Origin: the human T2T-CHM13v2.0 reference genome, Homo sapiens
NCBI RefSeq assembly: GCF_009914755.1
Contig: NC_060925.1
Direction: 5' to 3' (one strand)
Length of the DNA: 64,000 nucleotides
Part shown: piece after piece, positions 12,201-24,170 of the stretch
Layout: the number at the start of each line of letters is the position of its first letter
How positions within the stretch are numbered: the first letter of the stretch is position 1
Program-made: the position numbers and the translations under genes
Notes under the pieces: model-generated
Databases searched by the model: none
The model's input: only the letters and a program-made list of their open reading frames with translations
What the model was told of the DNA's origin: nothing

Positions 12201-15046
12201 CTCGTGGGTGTGTTCTGGGGTTTACATGCATTATTGGGGGCCAAGTACCCAGTGCGGAGCCCGGCCTGCCTGGCCCTTGGCCCTCCACCTCACCATGGAG
12301 GCCTCTTGTCCTGGGCAGCCTCCTTCTCTGTGTGAGGAGAGCTAGACAGGTCCTAGCAAAGGGAGGAAGCTGGGGGGCACAGGCCGGATGGAGCCCACTG
12401 CGGGGCCCCACACTTGGGTCAGCAGGAAAGACCCCCACATGCTCCTCCGAGCAGACATGAGGAGGGAGACCCCTTGGGGGCCCGTGCACACAGGAAGCCA
12501 CCCTTCCTGCAAACTGTCCCTCCTCCACACCCCATGCCCCCATCGTCTGTTTCTTGCCTCCATCCGAGAGCCCCTGCCTGAGTGAAATCCCTCAGCCTGG
12601 TCCTCAAAGGGCCATGGCAGAGCTCCCCCCAGGCTTCCCAACCCCAGGGCTCCTCCGTCTCTGGGGTGCTCATTTGCCCCCTGCTAACACCTTTGTGCAT
12701 ATGCTGCCTCACTCCCAGCCCCATCACCTCCTGGGCTCCCCACCCCCACTTCGGGACCCCACCCCCAAGAGGACCTCAGCTCCCAGACTTGGAGATCTTT
12801 CCTCTTCCTCGTGTTGATGTTGCTGTGGAAGGCAGGGTGGGTCCTACCCATTGTGTCTGCCCCAGAGTAGTGAATTCTGGACTAAATACTGTTTCCGTAT
12901 TTTTTAAATGTCTCCAAGGCACTCTCCGTGGGGCAGTGTAGACCAAAGGTGCTCAATACCACTTATGAAATGAGGACATGAAGGGGTGTGGAGCCTGCTC
13001 CCGGGGGCCAGGGAGAGGAAGAGCAGTGCCCATTCAATCATCTCACAGGAAGGGAGATGCGCGCGGGGCCAGCCTCGCCCGGGCGGTGTGTCCAGGCCAA
13101 GGGGCAGCACTCACAGGCGGGGCTGCCAGCGAACAGAGTGTTCTTGGAACATCAGAAAGAGAAGCAGGCCATGCCCAGATTTTGGGTCTTCAAGGCCTTG
13201 CTGGCTGGGCGGGGCAGGGCCAGGCGGTGGCAGCCCTGCAGGTCGAGAGAAAATCACTGGGCGTGCACTGAAGTCTGCTGGCTCTAGCAGACTGCTTGTG
13301 GCCGGAGCAAAGCACAAGGCCCCATCTCACCAGGTCAGCGGAGATGCTGCCTGCCTGGAGCTCGGGTCCCATGGGGTTGGGGGCGAAGATGCTGCATCCC
13401 AGTGCTGTTCCCTGCTCGGGGCCCTGGAAGCAGAGCGGCCTGGCTTCTCTCATTGGCCAAAGAGGGTTTGGAAGGTAGGGCTTAGGGGCCATTCCCTCCT
13501 GTCGCACAGCCCTGCGGGGTTCTCATGCGGAACCCCAGGCCAACCCCTGATGACAGGGCCCAACGCGGGAGGCTTGGGAAGGCCTTTGGTGGTGGGGGCA
13601 GGGGATGCGGAGGGCAGGAGTGAGGGAGGTGGTGGCTGGGAGTGTAAACAGCGGCGTAGAGACCTCTGTGCATTTCAGGACGGGCTCTCCAGAGCCCAGG
13701 GTCCTTTTCTGTGCCGTACTTGACTGTGTAAATATTTTTCTTAGGAGTAAAGAGAGAGCCTCCATTCATTGGATGGATCTCACTTGAAGGAACTGAGAAG
13801 TAACTGTTTAGGCATAAAAGCTAAAAGCAGTGTCCAAGGAGCTTTAAAAAAAATCATTTCTGTAGCTCAAACACGGCCAAGCTGATTTTTTTAATGCAAA
13901 AAATAAATAAATATTATCCTACTCCCGGTTGAGAGCGCAAGGGTTTGTGTCAACACCAGTGCAGTCTTTGCTCTGCGAGCCAGAGGCGGGGCGGCCGGCG
14001 ACTAACCGCCTTTCACGGTTCTTGCGGGAGCTGCCAACGGGAAGCCGCCCAGCTTTGCTGGAGCCCACACGGCCGGAGGGAGCTTGGCCGTGGAGAGAGT
14101 CCTGGCCGGGGTTCAGGTGCAAGTCCCGGGTGGAAGGGCCTGGCGTGTGTCTTCTTCCTGCCGAGGCATCCACCCGGAGGCCTCTGTCCTGCCGGAGCAC
14201 ACTCCTGGAGTCAGGAGGCCCAGACTCGAGTGCGGGCGCTGCCCTGAGCAGCTCCTCGACATCTGCCCGGTCACCTCAACTCTGCAGCCCCTGTTTCCCG
14301 TCTACACAGCAGGGGCGTTGCTGGTTCCTGCTTCCCACATGTGGTTGTGAGGAGGAGGTCCGCGTCTGCGGTGCCTGGGACAGGCCCCCCACATGTGGCA
14401 GGGCCCCAAAAAATGACCCGCTGCTGTTATGACTGGCTTCACCATTGCCATCACCTTGATGCAACATTTACACCAGGGAAATTGGCAGCACCCACGGCTT
14501 CCATTTGGAAAAGAAAATTAAGAATGAGATTTGTTCTTTAAAAACTCCATCTTCTCAGAAAGGGAGGATGTGTGGGTGGCCGTGGACATTCCTCTCCGAG
14601 AGTGAGATGACCCTGAGATGTGGAGGCTCAGTGTGGCCTGGTCATCAGCTTCCAGCCCTGCCAGGGGCACTGTTTAGTTGGGTGTAAAACCCTGCTGAAC
14701 ATGTAGGCCGCATGGAAGCTGAAGCTGCTGACCACCAAGACCTTTGCTCAGACTGTGTCCAGCAGAACCCTGAGCCCCTCGACCCCACAGTCTCCCAGCA
14801 GTGAGCAGAGTGAGGCTTGGAGCCTGGATGGGATGTGGAGGTTGTAGACAGCTCCATCAGCCTTGCCATTTGTATGCCCCTGGGTGCCCTGCATAGACAA
14901 CCCTGACCCCCCGACTCCACCCATAGGGGCTTCTTCAAGGAGAAGAGGCCTTGGAATCAGCTTTTAGCAGGTTCTAGACTCAGACCCACATCTTTGGGTC
15001 CAACGAAGCTACTTCAGAAATGGGCAAGAAAGAAAAGTAGGTTAGA

Positions 15047-15304
15047 ACCAGCCACAGTGGCTCACGCCTGTCATCCTAGCACTTTGGGAGGCCAAGGCAG
15101 GAGAATTGCTTGAGCCCAGGAGTTAGAAATCAGCCTGAACAACATAGTGAGACCCTGTCTCTACAAAAAATACAAAAAATTAGCCAGACATGGTGGAGCA
15201 TGCCTCTAATCCTAGCTATTTGGGAGGCAGAGGTGGGAGGATCACCTGAGCCCAGGAGGTCGAGGTTGCAGTGAGCTGATAGAGCCACTGCACTCTAGCC
15301 TGGA
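15047..15304 (+). mobile_element. AluJ-type element
   Basis: Dimeric Alu with ttgcttgagcccaggagtt and gtgagaccctgtctctacaaaaaa AluJ diagnostics. Confidence 0.9.
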
Positions 15305-15319
15305 GGCTGGGGGTGGGCG

Positions 15320-15520
15320 GGGAGAGAGAGAGAGAAGAAAAGTAAAGAAGAAAGAAAGAAAGAAAAGAAAAGAGAGAGAGGAAGGAAAGATGGAGAGAGA
15401 GAGAAGAGGAGAGGAGAAGAGGAGAGGAGAGGAGAAGAGGAGAGGAGAGGAGAGGAGAGGAGAGGAGAGGAGAGGAGAGGAGGAGAAGAGAAGAGAAGAA
15501 AGAAAAGAAAGAAAAGTTAG
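15320..15520. repeat. Polypurine (GAGAG/GAAA)n low-complexity tract derived from the Alu tail
   Basis: About 200 bp almost purely A/G on + strand. Confidence 0.92.
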
Positions 15521-15525
15521 AGCCG

Positions 15526-15997
<472 letters not shown>

Positions 15998-16279
15998 TTA
16001 GGTTCTCAGATACTTTAATAACAGATAATTTTGACGGGAGAGAAACCTTCTGGGATCCATTTGTGGCACCAAACAGCAAGCTGAGCCCCCCTGGGGCGGC
16101 GCCAGAACTCCAGAGCCCTAAGCGCCTCTGCGTACGTGGCCTCTTTGCTGACTTTTTGGAGAACAGAGGGTATTTATTTTAAGAGTCAAAAAAGAGGTTC
16201 TGACCAACCCCACTTAGCTAAATCCTGGCGCTGGGACCCGTGAGAGCAGCTAAACGCCAGAGGTCAGACCTCGCTTTTT

Positions 16280-16640
16280 TTGGCTAAAACGCTTAATCAA
16301 ACACACCTAATACTTCTGCCGGGGTGCGGGGAGGTTGAGAGCGCGGCGGCCGCTGCCAGCAATCGAGGAGCCAGCGGCGCGTGTGCTGAGGGCCCAGCTA
16401 GCAAAATAAAGAGGGTTTTCAGCGGAGCGGCGGCTCAGGCGAGGCTGGGGGAGCCGGGGAGCGCGTCCCGCCATTTTTCCAGCCGAGGTCAGCAGCGGGT
16501 GAAGGGGCGGAGTCCGTGGTGTTCCCAACTGCCCAGGCGGGCGGTGAGATGGGGCAGGCGGTTCCGCAACGCGGCTCAGGCCCCAGCGCCCTGCCTGCAG
16601 GAGGCCGCTTCTTTCTCTGTTGCCATCGGGCGCCGGTTTC
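16280..16640. promoter_or_regulatory. Intronic CpG-island-like, promoter-like element
   Basis: High CpG density, YY1 motif CCGCCATTTT 16468-16477, GC box GGGGCGGAG 16504-16512. Confidence 0.6.
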
Positions 16641-18914
16641 CTCTTCCGGGGATGCAGGGCAGCTGGGGGGGCTCTGCCTCTGTGCGGCTCTTCCGTGGTT
16701 CCACGCTGGGCTCCGGGGTGACCACAGTCCTCAGCAGCCCACACCCTCAGCCCGAAGGGGGCCCAGGCCCCGTGCCCAGAGGATCCAGAGAGACAGCCGG
16801 GAGCCCAGCAGCTGTGGCAGCTGCCCCCACCACCACCCCGGGGCTGGCCAGGTCCCACCTCCTGACGCCACACGGTATGACTGGGCCCTCCTGGTCAGTG
16901 CGTCGCATGTAACGCCTTCAACTATTGGGGCCGGTGTTGGAGCATCCGTCTCTGCGTCCCCACCTGATGACAAGCTCCGGGGAGCAGGAGTGCTGGCCAA
17001 GCCCACGCACGGACCAAGCCCACGTCAGACTCCGCCAGAAAGGCAAGAAGGGCCTCCGCATGGCGTGACGGATGGGTTTATGGGGGCATTCCATCCCACC
17101 CGGACGCTCGGAGGGCAGGGAGACAGGAAGATCAGGCGACCAAAAGTGCAAGTGAAAATGCAGCTGGCCACAGCAGGAACGGTGGGCGCCCAGCAGAGAG
17201 CAGCGTGGACAGAGGGAGGGCGGCCCCCACCTGAGAGGCTATGCATCTGAGGCCACAGCAGGCCCAGGGTGGCATCGGTGGGTGGCTGGAGGGCTGTCAC
17301 GCTAGCCCCCTCCGAATGTGAGGTTGTGGTGTTAACGGGGGCTCCTGGGCTGACCCTGCCTGGGAGTGATCGTGGGGGTGTCACCTGCATTGGGAATGGC
17401 TTGAATGGGCCGTGGCATGCACTTTCCCACTGGGAACAGGAGGGAGCCTCCCGGAAAATGCCCAGAGGCCACCAAATGCTCCCAGGCCAGCGCCAGGCCC
17501 CTGTGGGCTCTGGGTGGGTACGTGGGTTTGTGAGCAGGTACTGGCAGGACAGGGCGGGGAGGGCAGGGCCCTCTCGCTGGTGGTGTCTGCACAGGTGCCT
17601 GTGACTCCGCCGCAAATGCCAGAGAGATACAAACAGCATCTCACTCCTCGACGTGCCTCACGAAGCAGGCAGGACTGGGGAGGCCCTGGTTCTGGTTTCA
17701 GCCCAGCCTTTAACTGGCAACAAGATCCACAGTTTCTCTGCCCGGGGCGGCTCACTACGGCGGGATCTGTCCTTCTACTCTCGAGAGCTCCAGCACCACC
17801 ACTGGGACGGGGCATCCCTTTCACCAGACCTGGGATGGCCAAACGGTCCTCCAGCATCCAGAGTGAGGAGAGATTCCACCTGAGCAGCTCCTCGAGCTCT
17901 GCCTCCAGCACGCCTCGGCCCCGCAGGCAGGTCACACCCTACTAAGGCTTTCTCCTCTTCCAAACGCAGCCCATCTAGGTGCCTGAATCTAGCAGCCATC
18001 ACTGCCATTCACATTAGCGCAGGGTGACCCGGAAGGCGATGGGGCTGGGCCCCACTGTGACTGGGAACGCCAGCTCGTCAATTGCACCTTGGTAGGCACG
18101 CTGTGCTGCTGTGCTCCGTCCTTAGGATTTGTAAAGCCATCATGTAATATTAAGGGGAGGGGAAAGAAAATCTTTGGCTTGAGCATCATTTTCTCGTTTT
18201 ATTTTTCAAGTATCAGTTTCAATCTTGGTTTCTATTCTTATGGAAACAACGTTGCGGTTTCCGTATACTCGACCGTGCATGGCCACTTTGGGTCCAGAAG
18301 GGAAAAATCCAATTTCTAGAGCTCATTTGTCAGTTTGCTTAGCACAGACAGCACTCTGGGATGGGTCACTGAGACGCCGCCACTCTGGAGTGCAGCCTGG
18401 TGGCTTTTAAGAGGAGACACCCGGCGAAATGCTCTCCAGAGCCAAAGAACGTTCCGGCTGGAGCGACCTGGGAGGAAGAACGAGCCGACTGCTGGCCCAC
18501 TCCAGCCTCCCTGTCTCGGCCTCTGTCCACACGTGGGTGAGGGGGTGGGAGCTCCTGTGTGGCCCACAGCCCGCTGCTGGGGGTCCTCAGTGGCCACCCC
18601 GGGCACCTGCATGGCACTAGGCACAGCGGCTTTTCTGCCTTAGCTCCATTTCCTTTGAGAAGTTTCCTCCAAAAGCCATGGGGGACATCCCCCTCCCAGG
18701 GATCTGGATGGGAGTGAAGAGCCAGTTAAAACACTCCCACCTCTGATTTGCCAAAAAAAAAAGAGGAAGCAGAGAAATGGCATGAGCTCCCTCTCCCTCC
18801 AGCACCCACCAAGCCACCCTTCCGCAGGGCGTTGGCCGACCTCTGCCCCTGCCTCTGGCCGCCCGCCGCTGTCTCCTGGGACCGCTGGGCAGAGTCCAGC
18901 TCCCCCCGACCTCT

Positions 18915-19025
18915 GCCTCCTGAGCTGGACTGTAAGCCCCCGGAGGGCAGGGACTGCACCTCGCTGTCTCTCACCTGTCCAGGACCAGGCACAACCTAGG
19001 CCAAGTTACGTCTAAATACACGTGG
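18915..19025 (+). mobile_element. L2 3'-end fragment
   Basis: ctggactgtaagcccccggagggcagggactg...aggcacaacctagg resembles the L2a 3' terminus. Confidence 0.65.
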
Positions 19026-19459
19026 TGTGATTCGCCGGCGGAACTTGGAGGAAACACAAATAGAGTCTGTTCACCATCCAGGGTGTCCATGCGCTCCTCC
19101 CAGATGGTTCTCATAAATAATATGAATGGCTCACCTTGAGACGCCTTGACCTGGGTCCCCACCCAACCACTAAAGGGCCAGAGTGAGCTACACAGTGTGT
19201 CTCCATCCCTGGAGTGCAGTGTTTCCAGGGAGGTGAAGTCCCTGGGGGGCGCTTGGAGTCCTCGGTGACTGGGGGAGCCTCTGCTGGAAGAAGGGATACC
19301 TGTGATCAATGGAACCCTTCATTTCCTGCTGTGGAGAAGCCACTGGGTCCCACCCTGTGACTTTTGGGGACAGTGGTTCTGCCCCCACCATTTAGAACCC
19401 AGTGTAGCTTGAGAATGTTTTATCAGAAACTAACAACCCCTCTCAAAATTGTTTTGCAG

Positions 19460-19510
19460 CAAATACTGACGGACGTGGAAGTGTCGCCCCAGGAAGGCTG
19501 CATCACAAAG
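19460..19510 (+). CDS. PRDM16: PRDM16 internal coding exon (exon 3), 17 codons QILTDVEVSPQEGCITK, phase 0/0, within the PR/SET domain
   Basis: Acceptor ttttgcag at 19452-19459, donor AAG|gtagga at 19510/19511, branch-point ACTAAC at 19429-19434. The peptide matches my recollection of PRDM16 ...DFGWE-QILTDVEVSPQEGCITK-ISEDLG... Confidence 0.96.
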
Positions 19511-22500
19511 GTAGGAGAGCTCGCCCTGCGCCGTCTCAGCTCCCCAGCGTCCTCGGAGCTCCTGGCGGGGCGACCGCCATCCCAGCTGTCCCTGAGCTAA
19601 CAAGCGTGTAGTCGGAATGTTGCTGGCAGGCCCCGAGCAATGTGTTATCTGTGGACTGACGTGTGCACAGGACGGTGGCTTTGCTGTCATTAGGAGGGAT
19701 GGGGAGGTGGGGGTCATGTCGCCGTAGGGTCACAGGTACAGGGCCATCCGCCACTCTCCTAACTCCCGAGAGTGGAGGAGAGCCCTGTACCTGTGGGAAA
19801 GCTTCAGGCCACGCAGACAGGAAAATTAAATAAACGCAGGTTGTGTTTATTTAACTGTCTTTGCTGGATACTCTCATGAAAAGAATATGGGGAAGAATTG
19901 GCTGCAGATTCAACAAAGCCTTTGCTGCACTCGTAGCTTCCAAAGAAGCATCGTTTTAAATAAGCAAAACCACGAGGCGAGAGAAAAAGGGTCCACGTGG
20001 CATTATCCACGGCTTTGCTGACTGGTGGTGGATAACGGCTGGTGGACAAACATTAGGTCTAACAGATCCAGAGGGAGAACCATGTGCAGAGAAACACACA
20101 GGCCCTGGGGAGGCACACACATAGTCACATGTGTGCCTGGGTGTGCACACTGCAGTCCAGACGGCCAGGAGGAGGAATGGCCTGGAAAGCAGCTCCGAAA
20201 CCTAGAACCTGTTCAGCAGCCAGAACTCCTCTTCGACGGGATATGCATTGCCTGCACGCACACACAGACGTCCACAGACACAGCACGCTCACACGTGGTG
20301 GCTGATCTCCTATTTTTTGGGGGGGGGTTTCTAGTAAAATTAAAGTAACAGTCTCTCGCTTGGCATCTTTGCTTTAAAGCAAGATAAAATTTAGAGAGAG
20401 TCACATTTACACATCCCCACCCAGACAGCATCGCAGGGGGCGGGGTGGGGCGGGGTGCACCATGGGGGTTGCTGGCACAGAGGAGCCAGTGCTGAGTCAG
20501 TGCCTACCGAGTGCTGTTACAATTCTGTCAGAATTACAACTGGATTCCGTGACGCAGCATATGGGCTTGAGGGGTACTGGCAGCCTTGTGGTTAGGAAGC
20601 TGAGCTGAGTGTTCAAGTCATCAATACTCCATTTTTCCCCCAAAGTCAAAGGAAAGTGCTGTGCTAGTCCTGCCAAACTCCCAGTCTCTGAGCCGAGGCA
20701 TTTGGGCAGAGCTGCCTACGAGGGACAGGGGACCCACCATCTGGGCAGAGCTATCCGCAAAGCACAGGGGGACCTGACCCTTCTCTCCAGGTTCAACCCC
20801 AGATACATTGATTTTGGAGAAAGCATGGCAATGGAGACTTTTGCTGGGCCCGCAGTGACCCGCTGAAGGGCCTCCGGAAACTGGGTGAACTGGTTCCCGT
20901 GTCCCTCCCCGTCGCTGGTGTGGCTGTGTCTGGCCTCCTGGGGTCCTTTTGTCCAAGGACAAGGTGTCGGCTCTCAGTCCCCGCCGTCCACAGGATGCCT
21001 GAGGTCTTCCTGCACCCACGTTTGACTGGAGCAAATGGAGCAAATTCCAGGGCTGGTCTTTTCCACTTTCCCTCTTTCTCCTTTCCTGCCTCTTTAAATG
21101 AGTTCACATTTTCTTAAAGGACATAGAGGAGCAGGAAACAGTTAGCAGCGCTGCTGTATTTCCGAGAACTGCAGTATTTTCACTTCCCACAAAAAGTGAC
21201 CTGCAGTTAGTGCGAATCCCTCAAGTTCTCGAGGGAGCCTGAAATCACTGGGTTTTCCACCCCGATGCGTCCCTGGACCGTCTGACATTTTCAAGACGCC
21301 CTCCTTGGCTGCGCCTCTCCTGAATGCCTCATGGAGGTGGCCTGGCAGGAGGTTAGAAGGGGATCAGTTTATGCTGGGAGGGGTTGCTTGGTCTAGGAAC
21401 AGGGGTCAAGTCAGAAGGTCAAAAGGTCAAGTCTAGATTTAAAGGGCCCGGGGGAGGCAAGTGCTGGCTGCTTCTGAACCAGAACGAACTAGGACAGAAG
21501 GAGGGTGAAGTGGGCGCCGCCTTCTGTGCCTCTGGGCCACGGTGGGTTTGCCTTTGTGTCTTATATGTGTGGCCATTAGGTCTCGCTCAGTGTGGCCCAA
21601 GGTCATTCTTGAGAGCGGCTCCCGGGGTGGGCATGAGATGCTGTCCAGCCAGGGGCCTACTTCCAAGTGCCCAGGGCAGCAGGCATCCCTCTGACGCAGG
21701 CCCTTGGAAAGCAGGTTGAGAACCTTGGGTCGGGCTGAGGAGTCTCAGGTTCCGCCATCCCACGGAATCAGAGCAGACCCGATGCACGAGACCCCCCACG
21801 GCACCGCCGCGACTGCAGGGAGCTCAGCGCAGGGTACCAGAGCCAGCATCGGGGGCGTTGGTGGGCGGTCCTGTCCAAGCAGGCCTCCTGACCCCAGCCC
21901 AGGGCTCCTCCCTGCCGCTGCCCTGCAGGCCCAGTCCGAGGGGCTGGGGGCTGCCTGGAGGAGGCACCCAAGTCCTCAGGCACAGCTCCACCAGAGGGGG
22001 AGGCTGCCACACAGCACTGCCTGGGCCATCAACTCATAGTTTTTTCAGCCTCCGCAATAAACACCGTCAGCGTCTGGAGGATTCGAGTGTTTGCCAAGGC
22101 CATGCTGGTGGGAGAATCAGATCCCTAACCCCAGGGCTCAGACTGGACCCGTTCAGTTACATTTCTAGGCACTCTCGGGGAGCCGGGGGGGTTGGGGCTG
22201 AGAGACTGAGAGACATGAGCTAAAATTCAAAGGCAAAGTCTTCAGACTCGGGGGCCAGGAAGACCAGGACAGACAGCCCTCGAGTGGGCGTCAGTCCAGA
22301 CGGAGACCCCACCCTGCAAACAAATGCGCCACTTAGAGCTGTTGGTATAGGTGCGATGTGTGGATTGCTGCCGTAACTGTGCGCACCGCGGTGCTGTTTT
22401 CAGGATGAATTCAGTACAGTCCTTCCTTATAGGATGAGAACTCTGGTTTAGGGGTTTTGTAGTTTGGGTCACCCAAAGGCACACTTGGGAACATTAAAAA

Positions 22501-22779
22501 CCTCATAGGGGAACATGACGGGGGTGGCTGTGTGACCTGTGGGTGGGCAACTCCTGTGTCTGGCTTCAGTTCATCCACCTCTGGGAGGATTACACTTCCT
22601 GTTCTTTATCTGCCTCAGTGAAATGTGACGAAGTTAATTAATTCAATCAGCAGCTTGGCATATGAGCTGCAGAAAAGGTGGTATTTTGTGAGGAAGCCAC
22701 GGTTAGGAATTCTAAGTATCAGAGAGTGAGGTTTCTGAAGAGGCTGGATGCAGGATGACTCTACTCAGAATTTACAGGC

Positions 22780-23450
22780 GAGGGCGGCCGGGCCGAGGGT
22801 TGTATGGAGGCCTGGGATTCGAACTCAGGACTGTGGCGCGGGGCCTGGCTCCTGTGGGCGCTACAGAGGTGCCTCCCGTTAGCCCCGCCCCCACCCCAGG
22901 AGGGCGGAGCCACCGCCAGGCGCAGGGGACGGTCCTCCTCCGTCCTTCCTGCGCCCCTTCAGCTTCGCCCTGGACTCCCGCGTTCCCTCTGTCTCACACC
23001 CTGGTCTCTGCGCCTTCGTTCACTCCGCAGCCCTTGCGCCCGCGCAGCCCAGAGCTTTGGCGCTGGCCCGCGCTCGCTCTGGTGCGCTCGCCCTGGTGCC
23101 CTATGCGTGCCCTCGCCGTCCCTGCGCCCGTCCTGGTGCGCCCTGGGCGCGCGTCACCGGCGCTTCCCAAAAAGTCACATTGGCTGTGGGTCGGGCTGCG
23201 TCGCGCCTTTCCTGGCCGCGGTGCGGGGACCTCTGGGACCGCTCCCTCCAGCGGACTCTCTATTTAGTCTCTGTTTACTTAGAGGGAAAGCCCGGGGGCT
23301 CCTGGAGAGCAAACATCTGCGGGAGATAATCTAGCGAGTTGTCCATCCATCACTCCGGGCGCGCAGCTCCCTGGAGAGCCCGCCGGAGCCGGTAATAAAA
23401 AGGCCGGGCGAAGAGGCTTTGGGGACGAATCAAGAGCCGTGTTAAGGGCT
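22780..23450. promoter_or_regulatory. Intragenic CpG island
   Basis: About 650 bp of very high GC and CpG (GCGC/CGCG runs), GC box gccccgccccc near 22882. Confidence 0.8.
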
Positions 23451-24170
23451 CGCTGAAAATGGATGGAAGACATTATTAAGGCTCAATGGCCATCTTATCA
23501 AAATCCAATAGGATAGACATTTGGCAAAAGGCTTAAATTTATTCTTTGACTTTCTGGAGGGCTTGAATTTATCCGTTAACAAGAGTGTAGTCCACCCGGG
23601 AGATGCTATCAGCTGAAAGAATTTTGATTCAATCTCTGGCGATATGAAAGGGGAAACATGGCCCGGCAGCCTTTCCCTTTGTCCACTTTATCGTGTTTTC
23701 CTTCCCCCTCTTGAAAAGGAAGGACGTGTTAATACAGAACGGGAAAACACAAACAAAAGGAAGTGACCTTTTCTCTTATTTTTATTTTCTCTTCCCCTCC
23801 GCTTCTCTATCCCCCTCCTCCCAAAAATAAATACATCGTGAATTCGCATGGGAGGGCTAGGCCTGGGGACCTGGAAAAAAAACCCTTCAGAAGCTTCGGA
23901 AAAAACGCATCCACCCCAGCCAGCCCCTAGGGCGAGGGGCGGGAGTGCAGAGGCTTAGAGGAGGGTCAAAAATAAATCGAGCTAATAAAGTCATTCCGCC
24001 GGAAGAGGGGCCGGTGATGGGTCCATAAATCTCTCCCGGTTATTATTATTACGTACAAAATGCTACAGGTCATAAAAGTCGTCTGATAGCCCAGCCTTGC
24101 ATTGTCCAAACAGGGTGATTGATTGATAATGACGATAATTTGTGAAATGATTATTTGGATGTTAGAACCA
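23380..24170. promoter_or_regulatory. Candidate conserved enhancer with posterior HOX/PBX motifs
   Basis: GGTAATAAAA 23391, GCTAATAAA 23981, CCATAAATC 24023, GGTCATAAAA 24068, TGATTGATTGAT 24116-24127. Confidence 0.55.

Noticed and set aside
12030-12250. Possible MLT1 LTR remnant
   Set aside because: Similarity too faint to call by eye
16081-16100. CTCF-like motif
   Set aside because: Three mismatches to the core consensus; not supportable
19813-19865. Pre-miRNA
   Set aside because: Stem too short and AU-rich with a tiny loop; kept only as an inverted-repeat finding
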